A stretch of 64,000 bases of DNA from an uncultured Phycisphaerales bacterium (GTDB taxonomy: Bacteria; Planctomycetota; B15-G4; CAYZWU01): assembly GCA_964482235.1 (NCBI GenBank), contig CAYZWU010000030.1, positions 2,857 through 66,856 on the forward strand, read 5' to 3'. Positions 28,601 through 36,892 of this stretch are shown here, piece by piece. The translations under genes were made by a program, and so were the position numbers. The number at the start of each line of letters is the position of its first letter. Positions within the stretch are counted from its first letter, which is position 1. Below the pieces are notes generated by a model. It ran no database searches. It had not been told where the DNA came from and saw nothing but the letters and a program-made list of their open reading frames with translations.

Positions 28601-29440
28601 CCTGACACGGGGCTGCCGCGATTCCTTCTCATCGATCTGAACGGCAAGGTCGTCTGGGACGGAAACCCGGACTGGAGCAAGAAGTACGGATCGTACCTCG
28701 ACAAGCCGCTGGCCGACCTGGTGAAATCGCTCCGCCTCAGGGATATCGCCAGGCTCCGCGCCCGCTTCCCTGAAGCGAAGCAGGCCCTGAGCGAGGGCCG
28801 GTTCAAGGAGGCGCTCGACGTCTACGGCGGATTCCAGGGGATGAGCCCGGCGCACGCCGACGTCCGCTTCGCCCAGGGCGAGTTGGAGAGGATCCGGCGG
28901 GCCTCCCGCGACCTCCTCGGCCTGGCGCAGCAGCGCCGGGAGAAGGGGAACTATCTCGGGGCGCTGGACCTCCTCGAGAAGCTGGCCGCCCAGTTCCAGG
29001 GCTCACCCTTCGCGGGAGATCCGGACAGCGAGATCAGGAAGTTGAAGAAGGAGCCGCTCTTCGAGGACGCCCGCTGGATCGAGTTCCGTGCGGTCTCGGC
29101 CATGGAAGCCCTGGGCAAGGGCGGCACCGGGAAGTTCGCCGATCTCTTGAAGCGGATCGGCGACCGCCTCGAGCGGCTATCCACTGCGGGAAAAGGCGGC
29201 CTGCGCGAGATCGAGTTCGCTCTGATCCGCTCCTGGCTCGCTACGGGGCAGAAGAATCCCGCCGGCTTCGCAGGCCGCCTGGCTGCGCACAGGGAGATCA
29301 GGATTTCCCTCGAGACGATCGAGGAGATGGCCGCCGGTACGCGCCTTTTCGAAGCCAGGCGACTCCTGGCCGAGCTTGTCGCCAGGGCGCAGGGCACCCC
29401 GTACCAGGAGATCGTGGACCGCCTCCTGGACCGGCTCTGA
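25652..29440 (+). CDS. secreted multidomain protein: TPR, HExxH peptidase-MA-like (DUF1570-like) domain, TPR, DUF1080/LamG-like jellyroll, cysteine-less TlpA-like thioredoxin-fold domain, TPR
   Basis: Signal peptide. TLAHEVSHHF...WMNEGFASFFEG (HExxH ... NEG). Jellyroll ending in GILVGKGLAEYRNIRFLE (DUF1080-like). KVVVLAFWSQDQESSLP where TlpA-type proteins have WCxxC. Several TPR-like helical repeats at both ends. Confidence 0.55.
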   Translation: MIKLFPRSGPMTLPRHLALAAAVVLIGFAAASSDESAADAGATYTERHLASARTHRDAGRSEEARAEFLKVLERDGGNFHALEGLVSLAVEAGEEDETVYYMYRFVDRASKLRDLDAPHRKRLKEYKLLLKEKDPNHGKLGSYRAAHLRRLLNLGAAHMKKGRYHSAKAIFEEVLHIAPSNAEARAALRRIRTDAGNELAEERPAGTEDLFSDVTREWIEKQDARHSTWDTAWEKKLDNYTIFTDAGYEVLEIIALALEQLDTFFRIFYDYKTDGSGTPHIQIKIYKDRAEFMRLGKPHVDWAAGFYNGSAVVTYDPRGSRAAGDGRSEMEPSRSLKGLIQTLAHEVSHHFVSIAPGSGVPAWMNEGFASFFEGTRLLSNGRIEWNIVAPHRLRPLVEYLQSEKPPDLARIISCRVDDYRIFYPYGWGLVYFLWNYEDEEGNYLYRNVLREYRALYVGGVDHLERFTKFIIERPDVPGISNLQEFEEVFTGYILKVNEEYLGRTEVARQYEERADEFMENENVEKALLFYEKALAKLPEDPGLLWKLARVLEALGENDRAAGTYRTFLTRAEFHGITDDPRLAAAREKIEKLDPIAGRFRKIREQFESDILFVARTYRDLGLFLMALQTARELAVADNPSIPARDFYLDVEKESGKTLEQWQVAFNETDLSGWYGEDIVDEFRVEDDRLVGEVEEGDVPDQGKATRTGSDMGEKPTIPYKIFLLDREIQGDFSFDTEVRAPEACELYGICFGARTKDAFQSVLLKSDQNLDFSTFDGGWTILRHIPVMFDPAEWNRLRVDVRGRLVSIRMNGELVEELEFESGAELRGDVGILVGKGLAEYRNIRFLERNWRLPSRRIKRTFESRYSPDALPERAGPGQLSYRGKFPPPLTIGAWRNTAPLTLDKLIGKVVVLAFWSQDQESSLPTLPVYQKLLEEYGDTDVELLVVANEKEYVVDAFLAECGLPLKMAVDRRDHRTIIDYGIPDTGLPRFLLIDLNGKVVWDGNPDWSKKYGSYLDKPLADLVKSLRLRDIARLRARFPEAKQALSEGRFKEALDVYGGFQGMSPAHADVRFAQGELERIRRASRDLLGLAQQRREKGNYLGALDLLEKLAAQFQGSPFAGDPDSEIRKLKKEPLFEDARWIEFRAVSAMEALGKGGTGKFADLLKRIGDRLERLSTAGKGGLREIEFALIRSWLATGQKNPAGFAGRLAAHREIRISLETIEEMAAGTRLFEARRLLAELVARAQGTPYQEIVDRLLDRL

Positions 29441-29448
29441 AAACGGGA

Positions 29449-32079
29449 TCACTGCCCCTCTTCCCGATCATCCGCGGAGGAGGAGAGGCTGCGGTACTCG
29501 TCCGCCTTCTCCGGTTTTCCCCATTTCTCGTAGAGCCTGACCAGCAGGGCTATCGCCTTTCCGCGGAAGCCGCCGTCATCCTCCTGTTCCTCCGGGACGT
29601 TTTCCAGCACATCGAGGAGAAAAGCCTCCGCCTCGGAGAACCTTTCCTGATCGGTGAGGAAGCTCCCCAGGGAAAGGAGTGTCATGCTTGTTTCGGGATG
29701 GCTGTTTCCGAGGAGCACGCGCCGTCCTGCGAGCGCCTCGAGGAGAATACGTTCTCCCTCGACGGGCCTGCCCTGCTTCACGTGCATGGCCGCCAGGTTC
29801 GCCTTCAGGGTGAGCGTCCGCTGGTTCTCCACACCGCCGTGCTTGCGATCGTGCGCGGCGAGGGCATTCTCGTACAGCGCCTGGGCGTCGGCAAAGCGCC
29901 CCTGGAGCTGGAAAAGAAATGCGAGGTTGTTGATCGTGATGATCGTCTGGGGATGCGCCTCGCCCAGGAGGAGTTTCTGCCCTTCCAGCGATTCCCGCAT
30001 CAGCGTTTCCGCCTCCTCGTATCGTGCCATCTTGCCGAGCACGAGAGCGAGGTTGGCCTTGACCAGATGGGGCGCCACATCGTTTTCGATCCGCATCTTC
30101 CTGTAGGCATCGAGACACTTCCTGTAGAGCGCCTCGGCATCGTTCAGCCTGTTGCGGCTTTCGAGCGAGAGAGCCAGGGTGTTCATCGAGGCGATCGTGT
30201 CCGGGTCGCTTGCACCCAGAACGCGGGTCTGGGTGGAAACGGTCTCTTCAAGCAGCTTCCACGCCTTACCGTACTGACCCTTGTTGCAGAGTATGTCGCC
30301 CAGGAGGTGCTGCGTTCTCAGCGCTGCACGATTCTCCTTTCCCTCGAGGCGCTCCTGCGTCCAGAGCACTTCGAGGGTGAGCTTTTCCGCCTCGTCGAAC
30401 CGGCCCAGCTGCGCGAGCGCGGCTGCGAGGTTGTTCTGCCACTCGAGGGTCGTTTCGTCCTCCTTGCCCCTCATCCGGATCGACGCCTCCAGAGCGGCCC
30501 TTAGAAGCGGCTCCGCTTCGACCGACCGGCCGAGGCTGTGATAGATCGCTCCGAGGGTGTGGCGCAGCGAGGCTTCGATGTCCGGATTCTCGGACGAGTC
30601 GGTGTTCACCTCGAGGACAGCCTTCTCCAGGGCATCGACGACCTTGATCTCCCGGCCGTCCAGCCCGGGAATGGGAGTCGAGAGGATCGCGTTCAGGAAG
30701 GCGGAGACCGTGGCCGCCAATTCGCGCTCGGCCCGGGCCAGCGCCTCGCTCGCGGCCCGTCTCTCGCACTCCTCCCGGACTTTCCTTTCGCTGGCTGCCC
30801 GCTTCCGGCACTCCTCGCGGGCCGTCCTCTCGCTGGCCACGAGCTGGGGATACGACCAGAGCATGTAGCCGACGAGAACGACGAGCGAGAGGACGGCCAC
30901 TCCCACCGCCGCGCTGACCAGCGGATACCTCCTGATCCGCCGCATGAGCTTCCTGGTCAGGCTCGCCGGCTTGGCCCGGATCGTCTCGCCCTGGAGAAAG
31001 CGCTCGATGTCCTCGCTGAGCTCCTTCATGGTCGCGTAGCGCGCTTCGGGCTGCTTCTCCATCGCCTTGATGCAGATCACGGCCAGGTCGTTCGGGACGC
31101 GCGGATTGACCTTGCAGGGGTTGCGGGGATCGATCAGCACGATCTTGCGCAGGACCTCCTGCGACGTCTCGCCCTGGAAGGGGCGCTCCAGGGTGAGCAG
31201 CTCGTAGAACGTGACGCCCAGGGAGAAGATGTCCGTCTTGTGGTCGATCCCGATGCGGCGACTCATCGCCTGCTCGGGCGACATGTAATAGGGAGTGCCG
31301 GCGAAATCGCCTGTACGGGAAAGGGCCAGGGCGTCTTCCACCTTGGCCAGGCCGAAGTCCGTTATCTTGGGGCGTCCGTCTCTTGTGAGAAGGATGTTCG
31401 TGGGCTTGATGTCGCGGTGGATGACCCCTGACTCGTGGGAGAACTGGAGCGCCTCGGCCAGCGTCTTCACGATCCCGGCCACCTCGCGGAAGTAGCCGAT
31501 CCGCGGCGGGGATTCCCCGCGTATCTCGTCGAGCCAGTCTCCCAGGGTGCGGCCGTTGTCGATGAGCTCCTGGGCGATGTAGTGAACACCCTTGTCCTCG
31601 CCAACGCCGAAGATCGAGACGATTCCGGGGTGGCTCTGCCGCCCGGCGGCCTCTGCCTCGCGGTGGAACTTCACCACGGCCTCGTCGGAGTAGCTCAGGT
31701 GCGAGGGAAGGATCTTGAGCGCCACTCGGCGCTTCATCGGGATCTGCTCCGCCTCGTACACGGTGGCCATGCCGCCGGCGCCGATCTTCCGGGTTATCCT
31801 GTAATCGCCCAGGATCTTCGGCGCTCCGTCTCCGGCGTTCTTGTCGTTAATGGAATCGAGATCGATCTCAACGGGCCGGCGGGCCTTGATCCTGGCGAAG
31901 AACTTCTCGAGATCCTTCTTCAGCTCGGGGTAGAGCCGGAGGTACTCCTCGGGATCGACCTCTTCACCCGATTCCCTGCGGGAGAGGTATTGCTTGAATA
32001 CCTTTTCGGATTCGCTGAGCCTTTTCTTCTCTTCCGGCGAATCAGGGTTGTTCCTGTCGCCGCTCCGGCCTGCCATCAA
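29449..32079 (-). CDS. Hanks-type Ser/Thr protein kinase with a transmembrane helix and C-terminal TPR repeat domain
   Basis: Kinase motifs GAGGMATVYEA, VALK, HRDIKPTNILL, DFGLAK, GTPYYMSPE. TM helix YPLVSAAVGVAVLSLVVLVGYMLW. About 9 TPR units afterwards. Internal 13-aa duplication AREECRKRAASER / VREECERRAASEA. Confidence 0.85.
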   Translation of the reverse strand: MMAGRSGDRNNPDSPEEKKRLSESEKVFKQYLSRRESGEEVDPEEYLRLYPELKKDLEKFFARIKARRPVEIDLDSINDKNAGDGAPKILGDYRITRKIGAGGMATVYEAEQIPMKRRVALKILPSHLSYSDEAVVKFHREAEAAGRQSHPGIVSIFGVGEDKGVHYIAQELIDNGRTLGDWLDEIRGESPPRIGYFREVAGIVKTLAEALQFSHESGVIHRDIKPTNILLTRDGRPKITDFGLAKVEDALALSRTGDFAGTPYYMSPEQAMSRRIGIDHKTDIFSLGVTFYELLTLERPFQGETSQEVLRKIVLIDPRNPCKVNPRVPNDLAVICIKAMEKQPEARYATMKELSEDIERFLQGETIRAKPASLTRKLMRRIRRYPLVSAAVGVAVLSLVVLVGYMLWSYPQLVASERTAREECRKRAASERKVREECERRAASEALARAERELAATVSAFLNAILSTPIPGLDGREIKVVDALEKAVLEVNTDSSENPDIEASLRHTLGAIYHSLGRSVEAEPLLRAALEASIRMRGKEDETTLEWQNNLAAALAQLGRFDEAEKLTLEVLWTQERLEGKENRAALRTQHLLGDILCNKGQYGKAWKLLEETVSTQTRVLGASDPDTIASMNTLALSLESRNRLNDAEALYRKCLDAYRKMRIENDVAPHLVKANLALVLGKMARYEEAETLMRESLEGQKLLLGEAHPQTIITINNLAFLFQLQGRFADAQALYENALAAHDRKHGGVENQRTLTLKANLAAMHVKQGRPVEGERILLEALAGRRVLLGNSHPETSMTLLSLGSFLTDQERFSEAEAFLLDVLENVPEEQEDDGGFRGKAIALLVRLYEKWGKPEKADEYRSLSSSADDREEGQ

Positions 32080-32144
32080 GCTTACCCCTCTCGAAGTCTA
32101 TTCGATCCCTGCGTAAAACGGTCGGTCAAGGCAGAGCGATTTTT

Positions 32145-32819
32145 TCAATCTTCCTCTTTTTCCTTGTTCCGCTCATCGAGGATGAAGTCGCTGATCCGCA
32201 TCAAGCCGCGGCTGTACAGCTTCCGGACAGCCTCGGCCGACTTGTTCATGATCTTGCCGATCTGCTCGAAGGTCATCTCGTCTCTCATCCTGAGCACAAG
32301 GGCCTTGCGCTGGGGATCGGGGATCCTGTCGAGCAGACGGATGAACCTATCCAGATCCTCATCCTGCATGGCCGCCTCGCTCGGTGTGGGATCATCGGAT
32401 GGAGGCGGAGGCGCTCCCGGTGTCACGGAGTCGTCATTCACCAGCCGCTTTTCCCTGCCGATGTCCCGCTTGCCCGAAGCGAAGTAGCGTCCCTTGTCCT
32501 GGATCTTGTGAACAAGGCGTGTCAGCAGCCAGCGGAAGAATGAGTCCGGGCCACGATATTCGAACCCGTCCATGTCGCCCAGCACATCCTTCCAGACGGA
32601 CTGGACCAGGTCCACGCTTTCCATCCTGTCGCGCAGCCTCCTGCCCAGCCGCATCTTCACCGCTCCCTGCAGCCTCTCCGCATAGAGGCGGTAAAGGTCT
32701 GCCATGGCAGCCTGATCCCCCGCCTTGGCCTGAGAGAGCAGATCCCTCGTTTGGCAGTTGAGGTCGTCGCTCTGATCGCTCATCGGATGCATCATCTCCT
32801 CCAGTGGTGTATGCGTCAA
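32145..32819 (-). CDS. ECF-type sigma-70 family RNA polymerase sigma factor
   Basis: Region-2-like segment LVQSVWKDVLGDMDGFEY...FFRWLLTRLVHK. Region-4 HTH segment ALVLRMRDEMTFEQIGKIMNKSAEAVRKLYSRGLMRI. Sits immediately upstream of the kinase. Start could be an internal Met (MHPMSD or MSDQ). Confidence 0.75.
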   Translation of the reverse strand: MTHTPLEEMMHPMSDQSDDLNCQTRDLLSQAKAGDQAAMADLYRLYAERLQGAVKMRLGRRLRDRMESVDLVQSVWKDVLGDMDGFEYRGPDSFFRWLLTRLVHKIQDKGRYFASGKRDIGREKRLVNDDSVTPGAPPPPSDDPTPSEAAMQDEDLDRFIRLLDRIPDPQRKALVLRMRDEMTFEQIGKIMNKSAEAVRKLYSRGLMRISDFILDERNKEKEED

Positions 32820-32831
32820 GATTCGCCGGCA

Positions 32832-33740
32832 TTATTCGTATGCCTCGCGCGGTATCGAATGCGCCGGCCGGAATCCCACGTGGCCGCAGTTGCGCAGGGG
32901 GGCGCTCATTCCGCGGTTCGCCGAACGGCAGTAGCTGTTCTCGCGGCTCAGGAAGGAGCCGCCCCGTTTCACGCGGTAGGGGCTCGCGCCTTCATCCCAC
33001 GAGGAGCCGTCCCGCGGGGCATCTCTGTAGCTGTCGTGGACCCTGTCGCTGCAGAGCTCCCAGACGTTGCCGTGCATGTCGTGAAGCCCGAAGGCGTTGG
33101 GCCTTTTCCGCTTCACCTCGTGCGGCCGCCCGCCGGAGTTTCCCTTGTGCCAGGCATAGATGTCGAGCTCGGACTCGGAATCACCGAACGAATAGGAGGT
33201 GCGCGTGTCGGCCCGGCAGGCGAACTCCCACTCCGCCTCGGTGGGGAGCCGCAGCCCCGCCTTGCGGCACCAGTCGGAGACCGATTCCCAGCTGGCGCCC
33301 TCGACCGGAAGGTCGGCGCCGATGAACCGCCGGTCGTCCTGACCGCCTAGGGCGTCCCAGGCCTTCTTGGTGCACTCGGTGCGGCAGAGGAGAAAGGGCT
33401 GCACGGCAACGGGGTGGGGAGGAGATTCGTCCTGGTCCCCGTCCCGCCAGGAAGACCCCATCAAGAAGGTCCCCCCCGGTACCAGGACGAATTCCAACCC
33501 CGTTCTCTCATGAAAATAGATCCGCATCTTTCGTGTCACGCTTCCGCATGAATAGGTGTCTTCTCGGAGGTACCGGAACCCGGGAATCTCGAGGTCGACG
33601 GGCAGGGTCGTGATCTTCGCCGCGCCGCACTGCCAGCTGGCCTCTCCCCTGCCGAGCCCGGGACTTGCTGTAAAGCGGGATCCGGAACCGATCAAGGTCG
33701 CTATTCCCAGCAAGAAGAGGATTCCGCCTGGTATTTTCAT
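32832..33740 (-). CDS. secreted FGE/SUMF1-fold domain protein (sulfatase-modifying-factor-like, probably non-catalytic)
   Basis: Start MKIPGGILFLLGIATLIGSG (signal peptide) with an aagga RBS. Motifs LPTEAEWEFACRA, GLHDMHGNVWELC, RGGSFLSRENSYCRSANR. Only one of the two FGE catalytic Cys is present. Confidence 0.75.
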   Translation of the reverse strand: MKIPGGILFLLGIATLIGSGSRFTASPGLGRGEASWQCGAAKITTLPVDLEIPGFRYLREDTYSCGSVTRKMRIYFHERTGLEFVLVPGGTFLMGSSWRDGDQDESPPHPVAVQPFLLCRTECTKKAWDALGGQDDRRFIGADLPVEGASWESVSDWCRKAGLRLPTEAEWEFACRADTRTSYSFGDSESELDIYAWHKGNSGGRPHEVKRKRPNAFGLHDMHGNVWELCSDRVHDSYRDAPRDGSSWDEGASPYRVKRGGSFLSRENSYCRSANRGMSAPLRNCGHVGFRPAHSIPREAYE

Positions 33741-33854
33741 CGCTCTGTTCCTTAATGTAATCCGTGAGTCGGTTGTCTCGATCTGAACAGGTGAGCGAAA
33801 AAAGGCCGGGGAACCGGACAGAAAAAACGGGGAGGGCAAAGCTGTTCGATCGCT

Positions 33855-34445
33855 TCAGAGAAGAGGGACGAACCGCACGTCGAGGAGGGTGTCCTCGCTG
33901 AAGCGCTCGCCGCTCCGCTTGACCTGCTTGAGGACCTGGCGCCCCTTACCCACGGGAAGCACCATGATCCCTCCGTCGGCGAGCTGTTCCGGCAGGACGA
34001 GAAGGTCGTGTTCCGGCGCGGCGGTGATGATGATCCTGTCGAAGGGGGTCTCCTCGGGCCATCCCCCGCGGCCGTTTCCGATCCGGAAGGCGATGTTGCC
34101 GTAGTTCATCCGGAGAAGCCGTTCTTCCGCCTCGCGGCCGAGGGGCTCGATGATCTCGATCGTGAAGACGCTTCTTGCGAGCTCGGCGAGGATGGCCGTC
34201 TGGTAGCCCGATCCCGTGCCGATCTCGAGGACCTTCTCGTGACCCTCGAGCCTGAGGGCATCGGTCATGAAGGCCACGATGTAGGGCTGGGAGATCGTCT
34301 GATCGTGCCCGATGGAGAGCGGGCCGTCATGGCATGCGATATCCCTCTGGGAAGGAGGAACGAATTCGTGGCGTGGAACGTTGCGCAGCGCCGCCAGGAG
34401 GCGCCTTTCCTTGATGCCGCGCCGCTCGATCTGGTCCCTGACCAT
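33855..34445 (-). CDS. pcm: protein-L-isoaspartate O-methyltransferase
   Basis: TISQPYIVAFMTDAL and SAM motif VLEIGTGSGYQTAILA. 196 aa. Confidence 0.85.
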   Translation of the reverse strand: MVRDQIERRGIKERRLLAALRNVPRHEFVPPSQRDIACHDGPLSIGHDQTISQPYIVAFMTDALRLEGHEKVLEIGTGSGYQTAILAELARSVFTIEIIEPLGREAEERLLRMNYGNIAFRIGNGRGGWPEETPFDRIIITAAPEHDLLVLPEQLADGGIMVLPVGKGRQVLKQVKRSGERFSEDTLLDVRFVPLL

Positions 34446-34501
34446 TTCGGCTCGTGCTCTGGCGTAGTCGATGGCGGATATTCCTCGTCAGGTGTCAGGT
34501 C

Positions 34502-34963
34502 TTACTTGAACTCGGTGGTCCAGTCGAAGCCGATCTCGGGATCGTCATAGGGCTTCCGTTCCTCGTCGGGATTGTCCGGGTTGTACGGCTCCGTCGTGTG
34601 GTAGAAGAGAGCTGCCGACTTGTTGCCGAGAACGCGGTATCCGTGGGCCACGCCGGGCGGAATGGAGAGCAGGATCCTGTTGTCGTCTCCCATGTAGAAG
34701 ACGTCGGTGGTCCCGTGCGTCGCCGACGTCTCGCGAAGATCGTAGAGAACGACCTGCGCCATTCCCCTGCTGAAGAACCAGATGTCCGTCTGAACGTTGT
34801 GCCAGTGGAAGGCCTTGATCGTGTTGGGATAGGTCACCGTGTAGGTGGTTTGCTTGATCTCATCGAAGATCGGATCCCCTGCCTTCACGATCTCCAGCAG
34901 GATCCCCCTGTCATCCGTGTGGATTTCAAGCGTTTTAACTTGAACGCCTTCGATTTCAGGCAT
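34502..34963 (-). CDS. RmlC-like cupin (dTDP-4-dehydrorhamnose 3,5-epimerase family)
   Basis: Start MPEIEGVQV with a GGAGGTG RBS. DDRGILLEI...FHWHNVQTDIWFFSRGMAQVVLYDLR is typical of the RmlC-type cupin. The upstream 57 codons of ORF 35137 lack an RBS and overlap the next gene. Confidence 0.6.
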   Translation of the reverse strand: MPEIEGVQVKTLEIHTDDRGILLEIVKAGDPIFDEIKQTTYTVTYPNTIKAFHWHNVQTDIWFFSRGMAQVVLYDLRETSATHGTTDVFYMGDDNRILLSIPPGVAHGYRVLGNKSAALFYHTTEPYNPDNPDEERKPYDDPEIGFDWTTEFK

Positions 34964-35015
34964 GCATTCACCTCCAAATGCTGTTCCACAGCAAGAAAAG
35001 CTGCTGCGCGTACGA

Positions 35016-35978
35016 TCAAGAATTGCCTTTTTTCTCTTTCCGGTCAAGACCTCGCTTGGCCCCGTCCCCGCCGGAACGCGGGACAACGACCAGGAACACC
35101 CAGCCGACGAGGAGGCCTGCCGGGAGGTCGATCGCATAATGGGGGCCGCCGTAGACGGTGGACACGAAGAGCCCGGAAAACAGGACGAGTAAAGGATACC
35201 GCACCGCTGATAGCAGCCGCCAGCCGAAAACCAGCGCGATCAGGGACACGGCCACGTGGGAGGAGGGGAATGCGCCCGTGGCCTTCTCGAAGCTCTGAAG
35301 GACCTCTGTCAGGAGGGGGCCGAAGATGTAGCCTTCCCAGACGATGCGTCCTCCCTGGAGATGAAACTGCGGTCCGGCCGAGGGCACGAGGCAGAAGAGG
35401 AGGTAGCAGAAGTAGAAGCAGGCGGCCACGGTGAGGACGTATTCCGAGAAGAGGCTTTTCGCCCTCAGCCAGACGACGAGACCCATACCCGGGATCAGGA
35501 TGTAGTAGGAGAAGTAGAAGAAGGCCATGACCTCCCGGAACCAGAGCTGCGGCAGGAGGGCGGGGATGGCGGTGGAGAGCGTTTCATCGAAGAGGAACCG
35601 GTCCGTACCGGTCAGCCATGGATCGATGCAGGGGATCGGGCTTCCCGGGTTGATTATTCCGGTTTCCAGGTAGAAGAGGCTGAACAGGAGGAAGGGATAC
35701 CATTCGAGGAGCGCTCTCTTCCACCGGCGGTCCGAACCGGAAAGGGCGCGGTAGCAGAAGGGAAGGACCAGGGCGGCCGTTCCGTGGCCGAGGGCGATCC
35801 ATCCCCCCGCCTGTTCGGGATGAAGAAAGAGGGCTGCCAGGAAACCCGAGAGCAGCAGGTAGACCACGGTGAGCAGGTCGACGGGCCGGATCGCGGAAGG
35901 CGCGGGAAGATCTCTCAAATCCACCCCTCCTTCCTGTACCATGCGGCCGTGGCTCCCATTCCTTCCTCGAGGCTCCAT
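35016..35978 (-). CDS. PAP2-superfamily integral membrane protein (lipid phosphatase / phosphotransferase family)
   Basis: Multiple TM helices. C-terminal PAP2 motifs FPSSHVAVS and GGPHYAIDLPAG. Start uncertain (an alternative Met at 35942 shortens the overlap with the upstream gene). Confidence 0.6.
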   Translation of the reverse strand: MEPRGRNGSHGRMVQEGGVDLRDLPAPSAIRPVDLLTVVYLLLSGFLAALFLHPEQAGGWIALGHGTAALVLPFCYRALSGSDRRWKRALLEWYPFLLFSLFYLETGIINPGSPIPCIDPWLTGTDRFLFDETLSTAIPALLPQLWFREVMAFFYFSYYILIPGMGLVVWLRAKSLFSEYVLTVAACFYFCYLLFCLVPSAGPQFHLQGGRIVWEGYIFGPLLTEVLQSFEKATGAFPSSHVAVSLIALVFGWRLLSAVRYPLLVLFSGLFVSTVYGGPHYAIDLPAGLLVGWVFLVVVPRSGGDGAKRGLDRKEKKGNS

Positions 35979-36892
35979 CTCGGCTGGAAGCCGAAATCCC
36001 CGGCCGCCTTCTGCCGCGAGCAGAGCCAGGCGTCCTGAAGGATCTCGCGCGCCTTGTAGCGGTTCAGCGTGACGGCCCGCCCGGTGACCATTCCGGCCGC
36101 CTCGGCGAGATAGGCCGCCGCGGCGAGGATCGCTCCTGGAAGGCGGATGCGAAATCCGCGCCCCACGGCCCGGGACACGGCCTGGGAGAGCTCCTTCCAG
36201 TCATGGTCGCCGCTCGTGATGAAGTAGGTCTCGCCCTCCGCCCTGGAGGAGAGCGCGGCCTCGAGGATTCCCCGGACCAGGTCGAGGACGTGGACCAGGG
36301 AGAGGATCCGGTCGGGGCGGCCGACGATCGGCACGATCCCGAGAGAGGCGAGCTTGAAGTAGATGAAGATGTCCCTGTCCCTTGGACCGTAGACGGCCGG
36401 CGGCCTGATGATCGTTGCAGGAAGATCCTTCGCCCTCTCGAGCACGGCCCGCTCGCCGGTGAGCTTGCTCCGGCCGTAGGGGGTGATCGGCCGGGGCATG
36501 GCCTTTTCGGTCACGGGGACGCGCCCCTCGGCCGGTCCCGCGGAGGCCTGGCTCGAGATGTAGACGAACCGTTTCAGGCTGCCTGCCGTCTTCAGGGCCG
36601 CCTCGACCATGGCCCGCGTGCCGTCGCCGTTGGTCCGCAGGTATTCGCCCTCCGATCTGGCCTTCACGAGGCCGGCTGCGTGGAAGATGTAGTCCGCACC
36701 GGCTGCCGCAGCGGCCAGGGAGGCGGGATCCTCGAGGCTTCCCTCGATCTTCCTGACTGCGGGAATGAGGTCGAGCCAGCTTTTTCGCTTCGGCGCGCGT
36801 ACGAGGGCCGCCACCTCCCACCCTTCATCGAGGAGAAGCTCGGCCAGGTGGCTTCCCACAAAACCGGTCGCTCCGGTCACGAGAGCTTTCAT
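35915..36892 (-). CDS. NAD-dependent epimerase/dehydratase-family (extended SDR) reductase. Candidate ceramide reductase (CerR-like)
   Basis: Start MKALVTGATGFVGSHLAELLL (Rossmann GxxGxxG), YGRSK catalytic motif. About 325 aa. The ORF track merges it with upstream antisense sequence (35915..37621). Start ATG at 36890-36892 overlaps the upstream stop (ATGA). Confidence 0.7.
   Translation of the reverse strand: MKALVTGATGFVGSHLAELLLDEGWEVAALVRAPKRKSWLDLIPAVRKIEGSLEDPASLAAAAAGADYIFHAAGLVKARSEGEYLRTNGDGTRAMVEAALKTAGSLKRFVYISSQASAGPAEGRVPVTEKAMPRPITPYGRSKLTGERAVLERAKDLPATIIRPPAVYGPRDRDIFIYFKLASLGIVPIVGRPDRILSLVHVLDLVRGILEAALSSRAEGETYFITSGDHDWKELSQAVSRAVGRGFRIRLPGAILAAAAYLAEAAGMVTGRAVTLNRYKAREILQDAWLCSRQKAAGDFGFQPRWSLEEGMGATAAWYRKEGWI

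Noticed and set aside
30757-30845. Internal direct repeat in the TPR kinase gene (AREECRKRAASER / VREECERRAASEA)
   Set aside because: A short in-frame duplication within a predicted coiled linker after the TM helix. Probably structural, not a mobile or regulatory element.
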